Shown here: positions 14,601-26,818 of the stretch, piece by piece
How the letters are laid out: each line of letters opens with the position of its first letter
How positions within the stretch are numbered: position 1 is the stretch's first letter
Assembly: GCF_964355755.1 (NCBI RefSeq)
Contig: NC_092676.1
Location: 6,673,888-6,737,887 of the forward strand
Direction of reading: 5' to 3'
From: Antedon mediterranea
Taxonomy: Eukaryota; Animalia; Echinodermata
Length of the DNA: 64,000 bases
Position numbers and translations under genes: made by a program
Notes under the pieces: generated by a model
Told to the model about the DNA's origin: nothing
Seen by the model: the letters and a program-made list of their open reading frames with translations, nothing else
Database searches by the model: none

Positions 14601-17600
14601 TGACTCGGTAGATATAAAAAATGCTTGGTAAATTGTAGATGAATTGTCTGATGAATTCTACTACAAATCGTATAACTGTGTTATAAATAATACAATATTG
14701 TGTGTATAAATGTGGATGGGCGATTATTATTCTAAGTGATGTTTTATTGGGGAGGTGTTGGGCGTTTATTCAAATAAATACTATCCTAATTGGTATAATT
14801 AATACATTATTTAGTTTCTTTTGAATCTAACTTCCGTTTTAGGCGGCTTCACATGAGCAGAAGTATCGCAAGGTCCTAACGAGACCACAGATAACCCACA
14901 GTATTCCTGCCAACCTTACTCAACAAAAGGTCTTATCTGTTCTCTTGATGTAATTTTATATACTATTCCCCACAATATACTCCGATGCTTTATGAATAAT
15001 ATATTCAATTTGATCTTTATTAATTTGCAATATAATTTGTCCAAAAATAATCAAACAACTAAAAGAGATATCGCTACTAACGCCACTACGTCCGATTACG
15101 GACGCAGATGGCTTTATTCGGACACGTCAATGCCTCGCCGCGTTCTCAAAATGTTTAAAAAGAGTAATAGGCCTAGGTAGTATCATTAAAATGTTATTAA
15201 ATACTACTTCTTCGAATACTGATTAGTACGTGGTGCGAAATTAACTTATTAAATTGTAAGTACCCATGCATGTTATAATTATACAACAGTGTTAGCTGGT
15301 GTTTACTAGTTAGTAAGTGAGGTATCCTGTGTGTTCTCAGGAAATTGTTTATTGTGATGAATAACCTATTAGGTTATCTATATATACATTATAGTTAATT
15401 CTGACACAATGGAAAAACTTCGGACAAATCTCCGCCTTGGATACCTACCTTTTCTATCTCAGATGTACCACGAAACGTAGATTTGATAACATTAGTTTAC
15501 ACTATTACGATATTGTTCCATATTTCTTTCTTAGGAAGATATTATAAAGAGTTTTATAACAAAATTTTTAATTTTTTTTAACTCTACGCTCGGTAGAAGT
15601 AATTGTGAAAGAGGTTAGTGAGTAGGTTTAGTTTTATATATCAATATCAAGCATTTCAATAATAGTAACCGACCGAAAACGTCCAGGCCAGAATGTCCTA
15701 AAACCTTTTTACCCGAGTCACTATTATCCCGAGAATCACCGTCTACACTTCCTAGAGAATTATGGTAGCATGTAACTGTTAACCTGAAGTAGGATAATTT
15801 AAGGTTACACGCGAGGTACTACACGCTTTGAAAAGTGACAGAGCATTAATTAATCATTATCTATATCTATCACATTAGTCATAATTTATCTATTATTTAA
15901 TTTGTGTATTTCTTTAGGATGGACTCTGCAAATATATATTACATTTTGTTTCTAAAGTCCTCGGTTACAAAGACATTGGGTATGCGGATGAAGCCGGTCT
16001 AGCCACTGCCTGTTACTTCGAAGGACCCATCTCAGCTGCAATTGATGCTGGTCACCTATCATTCCAGTTGTACAATGAGGGTAATTTGGACCAATTTACG
16101 CAAGTTTAATTGTATTTGGTTATAAGTTTGGGACTAATTCACAGCGGAGGGAGAACGTTTGAAATGGGAAAATTTGGCGTATTTTGTCAAATTATTATTT
16201 ATAAAAATAATACGTAGACATTAGGACTACAATATTCAAATTTATTTTATTAGGAGTCTACTATGAACCGGAATGTATCAGTCAACGTCTGAATCACGCA
16301 GTCTTGATTGTTGGTTATGGCACGAGTGAGGGCGGATTGCAGTATTGGATAGTTAAGAATAGGTGAGTGTACACATAACACCTTTTATGGAACTTTCGTG
16401 CGACTTTATTTGATTACATAATCACAAATGACAGTGAAAAAAACTTAATCGCATGTTACGTACACAAATTTACAAAATTGAAAGTAAAATATACCAAAAG
16501 CTAAATTATAGCTAAAGCTAAAGATAATTATAGTACACAATTATTATTTAGAATCGTGTGCACTTTAAAGAACCTAGTACATCTTTCGTGATGAGTAGGG
16601 GGTTACCCCGGTGTATTAGTACATCACAGCCACTGATCACCAACTGGGCCCTCTGGGAGATCAGTCTTTGACTGAAGAGGTCACCCAGTATAAAGATAAA
16701 ACAAACAAACAATTGTTATCAAAAACTTGAATAAGAAAGAAACAAACATACAAGAGAACATTAACATTCATTTCTTGATTATTGATTATTGATTGATTAT
16801 TGATTATTGACCAAGAACTGATAGATATGCTGAGAATGGCAAAGATAAAATCAGGGAAGAGTGCCATTACACATATCAAACATTTAAAGCGCAGTTTACA
16901 CTATTGAAATAGTTTGACCAAAAAAGTTTGATATGCCCAAATATGGTAATGATATGACATCATCGTGTCCAGGCACATCACATTTTTTGTTACATAACGT
17001 TTGATAGTGTAGATAGAGCTTAAACATAATAATCAATCAATACATAGTGAATTCAGAAGTGATTGGGAAAAGAAACATTAAAGTTTATACATTTTAAAGA
17101 ATATACTGCTGGTCAACATTTATTGCATAGAAAACAATTCATAATTATAACAATTAAACATTATTATTATTGTCATCATAATCAATATTACATATATTTG
17201 ATTAGAAATCTACTGTATAGCTGATAGTGTATTATTAGTATTAGAGAGGTTTCGCAATCTTACGAATACGATAACGAAAACGGATACGTCACGCACGTCG
17301 TAAGCCATAAAAAAATCTGTTTCGCATGGCAACGAAATATTGAGGCGCGTCCAAAATATGACTGCGGTAAATTTGAGCGAAGCGCAGGTACGTGTTGCTT
17401 GGTGCTTGGCTGCCTAGGCCTAGCGTAACATCAAAGCGAGTGAAGACTTTAAAAACTACTATTTATCAAAATTGACTTGGCATCTATATATAAATTTACG
17501 TAAGGGCAAAATTCGATAAATCGAGGTTAATTTATAGAATATTTACTCGATGGTATATAAAGTTGGTTCATACTTTCGGTACTGATTTTAACCATCTGAT

Positions 17601-20600
17601 ATAACCCTGTTTACTAATTAAATTGAGTTAGGTAATTAGTTATTGACGATTAAAACGAATTTAGGCTCAACGATTTTCTCCAAATAGGGTGTTTTCCAAT
17701 CGTGGTATACACTGTCTAATGATTGTCCATGGAAAAATACCCGCACACAATAATACGAGGATGCTTCGCATTTTCCTATCTCCTCCTACGATACTTGTTT
17801 TTAATAGCTGAAAACCGGTTAAACAGCTCGAGTACAGCATCATAATATTGAAGACAGGCCGATTTTCTTTAAAAAATACTATTTTGATAGATTTAATATA
17901 CATTTATACAACTGTTTTGATCTGCGATAAATGGAACATTCCAATCTCTGTTCCGCAAGTGTCTATTCCCTCAGGCGTCGTAAAGACAAGTACTGTAAAG
18001 TCATAACAGAAATTCGATACATTTTATCCAATCTGTGCTGCATAGGTTGGATTTGTTATTTTTTTTAACGGATAATAGCTAGCCTTTCCAGTCGCCATCT
18101 ATTATGTACAATCTTTATTATTGCAGTTAAACCACCACCCACACCACCACCCTCCCACTCACTGGCATGAGTAGCATTGTAAAGCCATTAGAGGATAGGC
18201 CTACGGTACGAAGGATCACATGCCCTAAACGCAAAACAACTTTGGTGGTTAGGAACCAACTTAAATATTACTGGCTCTAAGAAACAATTGAAACCCATTA
18301 GACCTACTAATTAAGTTAAGTTAGATAATTATTTATTGACGATTAAAGCGAATTTACGATTTTCCCCGAAAAGAGGTGTTTACTTTATTACTGACAGTTC
18401 CTCCTGACGTTAATATTAATTAATCTAATTACTGTACAAAAAATATAAGCATCGTATTAATAGTAATGTATCGTTACATGTACTGTACTACTTCAATCGA
18501 CTATACGGTGACAGTTTCAATAAAGTATTAAATAGCAATGTTTTACTGTGTTTAGTCATGGGGGTATAAATACCTCCATGGTTTAGTGGTATATTATTTG
18601 TAAAACATGAAAACAATTAATATTTCGTTACTAAATGGATAAAGAATATATTTAAAAATTGTTCGTCTTTGCACCCATCCTCTTCCCCATCCCTCAACCC
18701 TCATGTCGCATACAAAACACAAATTCAGTTTGTTTCAAAACAATTGGTCTTATTTTGTGACGAGTTTCTCTTTCGGAAGTAATTCCCAGGGTGCTAATTT
18801 TAGTTAGTAAACGACATGTATTATTGTCCTGCATGTACATTTGAAGTCGCCAATTTTTTAACGCTAAAATTACTATGTATTCGAGAACCATCTCTGGGCG
18901 CGAGCGAAGCGAGCGTACCATCTAGTCTATATATAAATTTACGTAAGGGCAAAATTCGGTAAATCGCGCGTTATTTCTAGAATGTTTACTCGATGGTATG
19001 TAAAGTTGGTTCGTACTTTCGATACTGATTTTAACCACCTGATGAAACCCTGTTTACTAATTAAATTGAGTTCGATAATTAGTTATTGACGATTAAAACG
19101 AATTTAGGTTCAACGATTTGCTCCAAATAGGGGTGTTTTCCGATCGTGGTATACACTGTCTAATGCATGTCCATCTTGAAAAATACCCGCATACAATAAT
19201 GCGAGGAGGCTTCGCATTTTCCTATCTCCTCCTACGATAATTGTTTTTAATCGCTGAAAACCGGTTGAACAGCTCGAGCACAGCATCATAATGTTGAAGA
19301 CAGGCCGATTTTCTTTAAAAAGTATTATTTTGATAGATTTAATATACGTTTATACAAATGTATTGATTTGCGATGAATGGAACATTCCAATCTCTGTTCC
19401 ACAAGTGTCTGTTCCCTCAGGCGTCGTAAAGGCAAGTACTGTATACTCATAACAGAAATTCGATCCAATTTTTTTTTCAATCTGTGCTGCAGAGGTTGGG
19501 TATAGATTTTTTTTTAACGGATAATGAGCTAGCGTTTTCAGTCGCCGTATATTACGTACAAATCTTTATTATTGCAGTTAAACCACCCACATCATCACCT
19601 GCCCTTCCCTCACTGGCATGAGTAGCGTTGTAAAGCCAATAGAGGATAGGCCTACAGTGCATCACATGCCCTAAACGCAGAACAACTTTGGTGGGTAGGG
19701 TAGGAACCAACTTAAGTATGAATTAGCTCTAAGAAACAATTGAAAACCATTAGGCTTACTAATTAAGTTGAGTTAGATAATTCAATATTTATTGACGATT
19801 AAATCGAATTTATGATTTGCCCCGAATAGAGGTGGTTTTCACAAATTGTTTTACATTATATAAACATATACACGTCGTAGTGATGTATCGTTACACGTAC
19901 TGTACTTTTCAATCGACTAGGACGGTGATAGTTTCAACAAAGTATTACATCGCAATGTTTTACTGTGTTTAGTCATGGGGGTATAAATACCTCCATAGTT
20001 TAGTGGTACAGTATATTATTTGTAAAACATGAAAACAATTAATATTTCGTTACTAAATGGATAAAGAATATATTAAAAAATTGTTCCTCTTCCATCCCTC
20101 AACCCTAATGTTACATATAAAACACACATTAAGTTTGTTTAAATTTGACTTAAACAATTGGTCTCATTTTGTGACAAGTTTCTCTTTCGGAAGTAATTCC
20201 CAGGGTGCTAATTTAGTTGAGTACATAAATCACAGTGTCTATTTATCCGTTCCTGTAAACGACATTATTGTCCTGCGGTACGTACATTTGAAATCGCCAG
20301 TTTTTTAACGCTGAAATTATTATGTATTCGAGAACCATCTGTGGGCACGACCTAGATGGTACGCGAGCGAAGCGTCTAGTTTTAGTAAATTACTTTAGTA
20401 AATTACTTTCAATAAATCTATAATTATATTATAATCATGAATCATTCCTGATTCAAATGCAAAATGTGCAAAATAGATCAAAAACTATACTCGTTTTGTA
20501 GTTACGAATATGACTGGTGATATTCGTCAACACGAATACGCTTTACGAATATGAAATGGGGATCAGCTCAAAAGTTTCACAAATGTATGAAGTATCCGTT

Positions 20601-20757
20601 TTCGTTATCGTATTCGTAAGGTTGCGAAACCTCCCTATTATTGTTTTATTCTTTCAGCTGGGGTACTAGTTGGGGCGAAGCCGGTTACATTAAAATGTCT
20701 CGTAATAGAAATAACAATTGTGGAATTGCCACACAGTCCTGTTACGCAATTGTTTAA
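5603..20757 (+). CDS. Cathepsin L-like copy 1; intact ORF (~321 aa) but catalytic Cys replaced by Gly (predicted pseudopeptidase)
   Basis: Exons 5603-5687, 5890-6029, 6270-6416, 8561-8593, 9511-9699, 15918-16080, 16254-16362, 20658-20757. All GT-AG, total 966 nt in frame. Signal peptide [15 protein letters not shown]; ERFNIN-like and GNFD prodomain motifs; [18 protein letters not shown]; [11 protein letters not shown]; YWIVKNSWG. Confidence 0.92.
6658..7181. mobile_element. Kolobok-like non-autonomous DNA transposon in copy 1 intron 3
   Basis: TTAA|ACATGTATTGTCCC...GGACAATACATCT|TTAA. An inverted homolog lies at 24989-25864. Confidence 0.75.
8014..8505. mobile_element. MITE with ~33-bp TIRs and 7-8 bp TSD (P-superfamily-like), containing three ~85-bp tandem repeats
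   Basis: CAAAGAACTTATAACACAAGAATCTCCTGTTC and its reverse complement; (A)GTAAAAC on both flanks; repeat units start at ~8149, 8234 and 8318. Confidence 0.8.
9838..11235 (+). CDS. LINE ORF1: coiled coil, SGNH/GDSL esterase-like domain, two C-terminal CCHC zinc knuckles
   Basis: [21 protein letters not shown]; [14 protein letters not shown] and [14 protein letters not shown]. First ATG at 9838. Confidence 0.88.
   Translation: MANLISNSLVCPANRTFDNDDEESILKEFRDLELSILSMPSYLITPSASTPIKRFTNNPRTFDAATITSSVEIREVSTQSIATRTTNIVTQTPEHWDLTPSLKNKVKSKDDTIKDLRKQIHDLKTVHANFAQLSTSFKELSERNEHLEAQITSLRSELDVKHNTFYQPIHNCCQEISLNGNDHEIQTSNHFVRLPDELPTSPEPLIPESDQAIQNSTYNVQNNDNASHTVNTTNLIIGDSMLKLIKTRGLSDTSVRTKRGFTVSQLYNAVTHMNLENVTNIIIHAGTNDCSREDFNISKLHKDFLQITTYLQQRISGKVLVSGICPRLDNTNFNRQIAEANDMLQTVFGHLYIDHTNYFTDAHGVHSNYFTRHGLHLNQKGTSVLLRSINRAVQVIRTPARQRNPEGKQRYLSVSSFNQEALNPCFNCGESGHVQRICRHRAPITCWKCNSVGHKAKFCQAFYDY
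11269..14298 (+). CDS. LINE ORF2: APE endonuclease plus reverse transcriptase (1009 aa)
   Basis: Endonuclease motifs [32 protein letters not shown] motifs [45 protein letters not shown]. Confidence 0.97.
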   Translation: MINDNELEQNPHDEVDTQQTYINDIIPPGVASNLTYTINSNKNETINYQHNCSLNEHNNLTENCKVFLNNGLSILGLNIVSLPSKFDEFKYLINNNSIDIIALNETRLDNVIKDESIHINGYDIYRNDRNREGGGVAVYVNRGGCFTCKLRNDFMKMELEIVVIELCKPKTKPIILIAWYRPPNSKIQLLDIFEQILEENECLNKEIIIIGDVNCDTLSQNPTCYTQKLMDITNNHFLTQIITEPTRITNQSKTLIDHFYTSFPNRISSSGVLNTGISDHSAIYAVIGKEEKPKHNHKYKTKRNYNNLDEEKLQIDMLNVNWHEITSYTNVNDALQFFEDKFLQIVNKHVPLKKKRVRNKDSPWLTKNVILQMRKRDSMKKRASKENCPQLWNEYRELKNKVNYDIRRSKKNYFSEQLNTKDSKIIWKNIRYIVPSKNKKSVISSINTINGLETDSYKIANTLNEFFANIGPNLAKQIPQFENNHVNYEYPNQGEDKINFTLVDEEYVYKQILSLSDKKATGTDEIPAKLIKLAINSIVQPITFLINLSLRTSDFPSKWKNARICPIFKNGDRSEPSNYRPISVLPILSKIIERAVFDQLYPQINPKLYNQQSGFRPNYSTSSALINITEDWIDSIENGKYIGLIMLDLKKAFDTVNHQILIKKLHNFNFANHVIKWFENYLTNRTHITNINNVDSVKSNSVCGIPQGSILGPLLFIMYINDLPNSVSHVNVSMYADDTALYYASKDIHDIISKVNTDLKHVQLWLASNKLSLNIKKTEYMILGTHQKLNKLINMDININIDGTKLEKVNNCKHLGVIIDENLKWHKQIDQVKNKVISGLYYLKKCSNIFPQNIQSLMYKSIIAHHFDYCNVVWGRCNQTLKYKLQVLQNRAAKIITHTSRYDSSSQALKDLNWPNLEEKQYYNEAVTMYKIMNNLTPSYLRNRFYERKQTYNTRSKDILSLHKANTEYKKKSFSYSGAKLWNSLNAINSNAITAPNIHIFKKMINDQR
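17483..18925 (+). mobile_element. Non-autonomous Helitron, copy A
   Basis: A|TCTATATATAAATTTACG 5' end; GC-rich subterminal motif CGCGAGCGAAGCGAGCG followed by CTAG 3' end. Confidence 0.8.
18926..20379 (+). mobile_element. Non-autonomous Helitron, copy B (head-to-tail with A)
   Basis: Begins TCTATATATAAATTTACG directly after the CTAG of copy A; ends CGCGAGCGAAGCGTCTAG|T. Confidence 0.8.
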
Positions 20758-21855
20758 AAGGTGAGTTACAAATAATGCAGTTCTCTAAAAACTTTGAAAG
20801 TAATAACGCTAGAGGGCGTAATCACAATTTTATCATGGCGCCTAGTTTGGCGTAGGCTATTCGATAAGGATCAAAACCAGGGAAGATAAGAGTGAGACTA
20901 CTCGTCCACTATAACAGGAACATTCAACAGGATAATTCAACCGTGCAAACGCAAATTTTTCAAATTTGGACGAAACTCCAATTGAGTTGATCAATCACAA
21001 ACGACAGTTTGGTTAACTAACACATCTCGTCGTGATTGGTCAAAATTACTTCAGCTTGGTTCCCCCTAGGACGCAACGCATGGAGGTAAGCGCAACCATT
21101 GTGATTTGACGAATCACAAGCGACTCTTGTCGATTAATCGACTAACATAAAAAAGACATTGAATACAGACATGTTGAAAGTATATTATGCGCCTTGCAAA
21201 AATAAGCTGAAGCCGACAATTAAATATTACAATTGATTTTGAGAATTGTTTAAAGCCTTTTTTTGTAATATGTTTTCGATGTGAGCCGGTTTGATTTATG
21301 TGGTTTTGCAGTTGCAAAAGGAAAAATGAAGAATTATTTTTAATCGATATTTTACTTTATACAAGTAGGCCTAATGAACGAATCTTAATAATTAATGTAT
21401 AAACTATTTACATATTTTGTTTTCATTTTGTTTTTTAGAATTCCTTTTATGAATAATATTGACGCTGCTGCTGTGTGTACGCTTTTAGATCAGAAGAAAC
21501 CTACATCGCAAGTTTGTTATTTTTAGTGTATTGACATTTAAGAAGGTTTGACGTTTGTTAAAAACCGGTACTACCGTACCGTCGCAATCATTATCGTCTA
21601 TATAACCGTTATCATCGTCTATTTAACCGATCACCGTTTATAATATGATTAGTATTACTAATTCATAATTACTTTATACTAGGACTACTAATATCTACTA
21701 GTATATACCGGCACCTTTCAATTCTCGGCATCTGATTGGTTATTCGCTGGTCTATAGCTTTTGCCATGCCCTCGAACTATAGACTATACTCCTCTATTCA
21801 TCTATTATATAATTATGATCAATTCCAAGTCAATAATTTGTGTGTCAGTTGCATT

Positions 21856-22022
21856 ATAAGGTTTATCGCAAATAGCTTGCACAATGCATGATGGGAAGGG
21901 TTTGGGAGCAAACGTCACGACGTACGTACAAACAACAACAAATCACATACGTACGCGTTGTGACATTTGCTCCCAAATCCTTCCCACCATACATCGCACA
22001 CGCTAATTGCGATAAACCTTAT
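21856..22022. repeat. ~165-bp imperfect palindrome (fold-back MITE-like)
   Basis: ATAAGGTTTATCGCAA...GGGAAGGGTTTGGGAGCAAACGTCAC / GTGACATTTGCTCCCAAATCCTTCCC...TTGCGATAAACCTTAT. Confidence 0.8.
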
Positions 22023-24012
22023 TACCACGTCGTCTGACCTTGTTATTTAATCATAGTTTAATAATTATAATAATCATGGATCACATTGAGGAATATTATA
22101 TGTTATATTGTTTATGATATTAAAATTGTATGCTTTTATACTATTATCTAAAATGTGCATTGTTTGCGTTCAATATGTATAAGCTCAACAGTTAAGTTTG
22201 TATAGGCCTACATAATCCTAGAAAGGACGTTACTTTCGAGTTTTTCTATGTCTCACTCACTTAAAAAATATTTCTTAAAATGTTTTTGTTTAATATGTCA
22301 TTTTAATGTAACATAATAGTTATTCACTTTGACCAAAAATTTGACATTTTAATGTAACATATAACATAACTTTGACCAAAAATTGGATCGAAAAAAAAAT
22401 GTATTTACCTGAAAAAAAACCTCTATAATTTAAAGCAACAAATGGTCTAACCAATAAGTTTTTGGCTAAATGAATGAATTGAAGACGAGATTAACTGTAT
22501 TAAAACGACAAAATAACATACTCAAAGTCTATTTTAATTATTCTTCATGTTTTATGTTTTTGGTGGTCAATGAATCTTTAACGTGAGTAACAATAGTTAT
22601 TAGAAATTAAACAAATAAACAACATAGGCCTATTTAAAATACAGAGTGAGTTATATACGTTCTATTTTAATATTAGATCATCCTGTATATAACATAATAA
22701 CATTACAATTAGACATAATATTAATAGACCTAGATCTTTAACAACTCAATGTAGCTAAATACATCACAGAAAAACTCACAGATGTTGAATAATTACAGAT
22801 TAGATCAGGCCTTTCTTTATGGAGGAACTCAATTGGTTATATATACATTTAATACATTTTTGTAATCATGTCAATTTTGAACTTTAACCTTTATATCTCG
22901 AAAACGCCTTCAATACTGATCGATTACCTTCCAGATTCGTAATCAACTGAACATTCTGGTCTAGAAAAGCTAGATGGCAATTTGTCCCCTGTCTGGTGGT
23001 GATATCCTCCTCCTGTCCGGACTAACTGTGAGACTGGCTAAACATGACATTGGCAGCCATAGTATACAGTTGATTGTTTACAGCACACACGGTGTGAACG
23101 ATTGAGGGCTCAATTATGTTTTGACTAAGGGAGGCAGAAGGAAGGATGGTCCTTCTCCTCTTATGACATCAATCGTTATCCTCAATCGTGTCATAGACAT
23201 TTTTCAAGTACGATATTTTTAAATAAGATTATCGAAGATAAAAACGATTAAAATCGTTTTATCTTCGATGTTTCATAGTGGAATGTGTTTGTTCATAGTA
23301 ACCAAGAGCATATCCGGTGGGCCATCACGGACTAATAAGTATGCGTTTCAAATAAAATATTCTCCGATATCAATCCCCAGTCTGTATATACACTATGTCT
23401 AAGGTTTTGTTAAACATTATTTCTAATTCCCTGTTAACGCACGCCATGTCACATTCTGCTATTGCACGCCTTTTCCGATCTTCTATAGAGTCTTTCACAC
23501 CTGTTCCGAAACGGTTACGGCAAATCAAATCAAACGTCAATGTTTCGTTTTCACGGCGCTCCACGCGGGCGGCTATGAACCAATCTTGCCCGTAGCCCCA
23601 CTCCACCTCCACAGTGTTATTAGATCTGTACTTTATACTAGGCTTTCTTTGTTATCAGTCAAATTAATTAATTTAAAAATAAATAAATACTACCTCAAAC
23701 AAAAGGTGTGCTGCTGCTTTTTTATAAACATAAATAAAAAGTATGTTTTCCACTAGGCGAACAAGAAAGCGTTGGATATTTTGTATGTGTGTTGCTAATA
23801 TAAATTTGATTTTATCCCACCTTTAGAAAAATATCTTTTGTATTACGTTATGGTATTACGCTTAGACGTATCCAGGTGCGTATGCAAATCAGAATCAGAT
23901 ATTTCATCACGTGATATCAACATGATTTGGTAGATTGAGACTCGCTTTCATGCAATCAATCATTCAAGTTGTTTTTTTTTTATCTGTTCGTACCACCTAT
24001 CACTAACGAAAT

Positions 24013-26762
24013 ATGAAGCTGTTCCTGTGTGTGTTACTTATTGGTGCCGCTGTGGCAATGCCAAATCATGAATGGGAGAAGTTTAAAAGAACGTTTGGTA
24101 AGGATTACATATGGTATTTGAAACGTATACTATTTTAACAACGTAGGCCTACTGTAACGGTGTTATATTTTGAATCGGAATAAAATCTAAATCAATGGCT
24201 ATCGAATGACTTTAACATAAGGCTTGGTGTATACTAACGTGTTTGTCCTACTATATCTAACGGATAGAGCTGTCCACTGTCGTCGCAAGTTTTAATATTC
24301 TTCGTAAAATAATAATTTTCCGACGATTCTCATAGCCCCATAAATGTTTCTAAAATTAAGAAACCAAAGCACCGTTTAAACGAGTATAATTGAGGTCAAC
24401 TTTCTTAGTACAGTAGCTCCGAGTTTAAAATTGGGATTTATTATTATAAAAATATGATTTAGATATTTTTTCCGAAAACAAATTGCCCACATTGAAAGTT
24501 AGCACTACTTTAAAATGAATGCTCGTTTTGTCCACCGCTTTCTGAAATTATTAAAAGGAGTGGTTATAATAGATTTTGTTGAAAACAATTTATATAATGT
24601 TGAGCATTTTACAGGAGCTATCTTTTAAAAAAAGAAGCCGATAATTTGATAAACAACGAGCAAAGATTGCTTGTGTGACGTTAACTAATAATAAAGAAAC
24701 TAGGTATAAACCTTTAATCTGTTTAATGTTTCAGACAAAACTTACACCCCAGGTGAAGAAATATACCGCCAATCTGTATTTGAAGACAACCAGAAGTTCA
24801 TTCAAAAACACAACGCTGAATTCGCCGAAGGACTTCACACTTATACTGTCGGAATCAACAAATTTGCTGACTTTGTATGTATTGAGGGCGCTACACAAGG
24901 TGTACGAATTTGAGGGGCGGGCATGTATTAATTATTAAATGGCATAGGAATACAACAAAAAAAATACAATTTGGGTCTATTTACTTAAAGATGTATTGTA
25001 CCTTGAAACAAAAAAAAAATGAAGGTCAAAATATTCTAAAATTAAATTGGCCATATCAAAGTAATATTAAAGTTATTCACTTTAAGTCGAACATTTATTT
25101 TATTTATTTTATTTTATTTTATGTCTTTAGGCAATGTGGCCAAGGATTACCAATAGTGTATTAATCACTGTCCTATCAGATAGGTGGTAATCTCCCTGAT
25201 ACAGGGGCTATTGTGTGAACCAGTTCACCGGGGTAACCCCCCTACTCTTTTTCGAATAATGAACTGGGTTCTTTAAAGTACACACAGGTTATAACTGTGT
25301 ACACTGGACCTACGGTTTATAGTCCTTATCCGAGAAGACTTGTTCCACCACCAGAACTAGGAGCGAGTCGGCCTCGAACCCTTGCCGATGTTGTTGTTGG
25401 CTCTTTAGGTACGGTAAACGGCGCCCCTATATTTGAGCCAAAAACAACAAGTTTACGTAATTAACAGGTAAACTAATGTGATTACATTTCGTCTGATAAT
25501 TGTCAGGAGCGAAAGTAAACAAAGATGAGTATGCATTATGCATGATGCTAATTAGGATTGTTTACAACTCGTCACGGTTGAGAAGTTATTTTCACACAGA
25601 TCACGAGGAAGTTTTATGATTATGCATACAGAGTAGCCAAATAAGCGCGTTTCATTATGAGATATGTTTTGATCGAAAACTTTGCCTGGAAGTCAAAGTA
25701 ATTTTTTGAACCAAAAACGTCTGTATTTCAGTTAAATGGTTTTTTTTTTCGACTAATTTTAGGTGAAAGTTAATAACTATTATGATACTTCAAAATGACC
25801 CACTTTTTTTCGAAATCTTTTATTTTTTATTTTCTTAGGAATTAGTCAAAGGGACAATACATCTTTAATACATGTTGCCTAATACTATATATACATTTTA
25901 CCTACTACTACTACTATTTAATAATATAATAATACTATATATATATGTTACCTAATACTACCACTATTTAATAATAATATAATAAGTTACCTGCCAAAAT
26001 GCTTGTTTATATCGTATGTAATGTAATTTTATTTTTCATTTCTTTCTTTTTGTAGACGAACGCTGAATTTGTTTCATTTTTCAATGGCAATTTAAGATCA
26101 AACAAAACTCGGGGATCAACGTATCTGAGACCAAGTAATTTCCAAGCTCCAACTGAAGTTGACTGGAGAAAAGAGGGTTATGTCACGCCTGTAAAAAACC
26201 AGGTAAGATCTAAGTTTGTTAAAATGGTAGTAAAAGAGAAAACAAATATAAAATGACAATAAAAAATTGATTTATCCGTAAATGTGTTCAAAATTTAATA
26301 CATATATTTATTTTTTTGTTCTTTCAAAACGTTCCTCTTTCTAGGGACAATGCGATTCTAGCTGGGCATTTTCTGCGGTAAGTTTATAATTGATATTAAC
26401 AAAGATGTTTCATCATCTTTTCGACAAAAGTATTTAATCATGGCGTCATTGCGATAGAAATTACAATCGATACCATGACAATTTAATGATGAGCTTTAAG
26501 GCATAAGCTTTTTTTTATTTATGTTTATCGTCAAACTATAATTATAATAGGGGACTATAGGCTATAGAAAAAAACAAATATTTCAGTTTTTATGATGATA
26601 ATGTATGTGTATTATGATAGAAAAGGAAAGATAACTAAACAAAACATACTGTGTTTATATACATAAAATACAATATATAACTATATTAATTAGCGGCCGT
26701 TAATAGATGACGGTAGTTATAGTTTTAAGTACAGTTTTACAATTTGTTAGCATTAGTGTAAT

Positions 26763-26818
<56 letters not shown>

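Larger units (their letters stand above)
17243..20636. mobile_element. PHIS (Harbinger-related, Pangu-like) MITE with 45-bp TIRs and ATT TSD, interrupted by a Helitron dimer
   Basis: ATT|AGAGAGGTTTCGCAATCTTACGAATACGATAACGAAAACGGATAC ... GTATCCGTTTTCGTTATCGTATTCGTAAGGTTGCGAAACCTCCCT|ATT. Confidence 0.8.
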
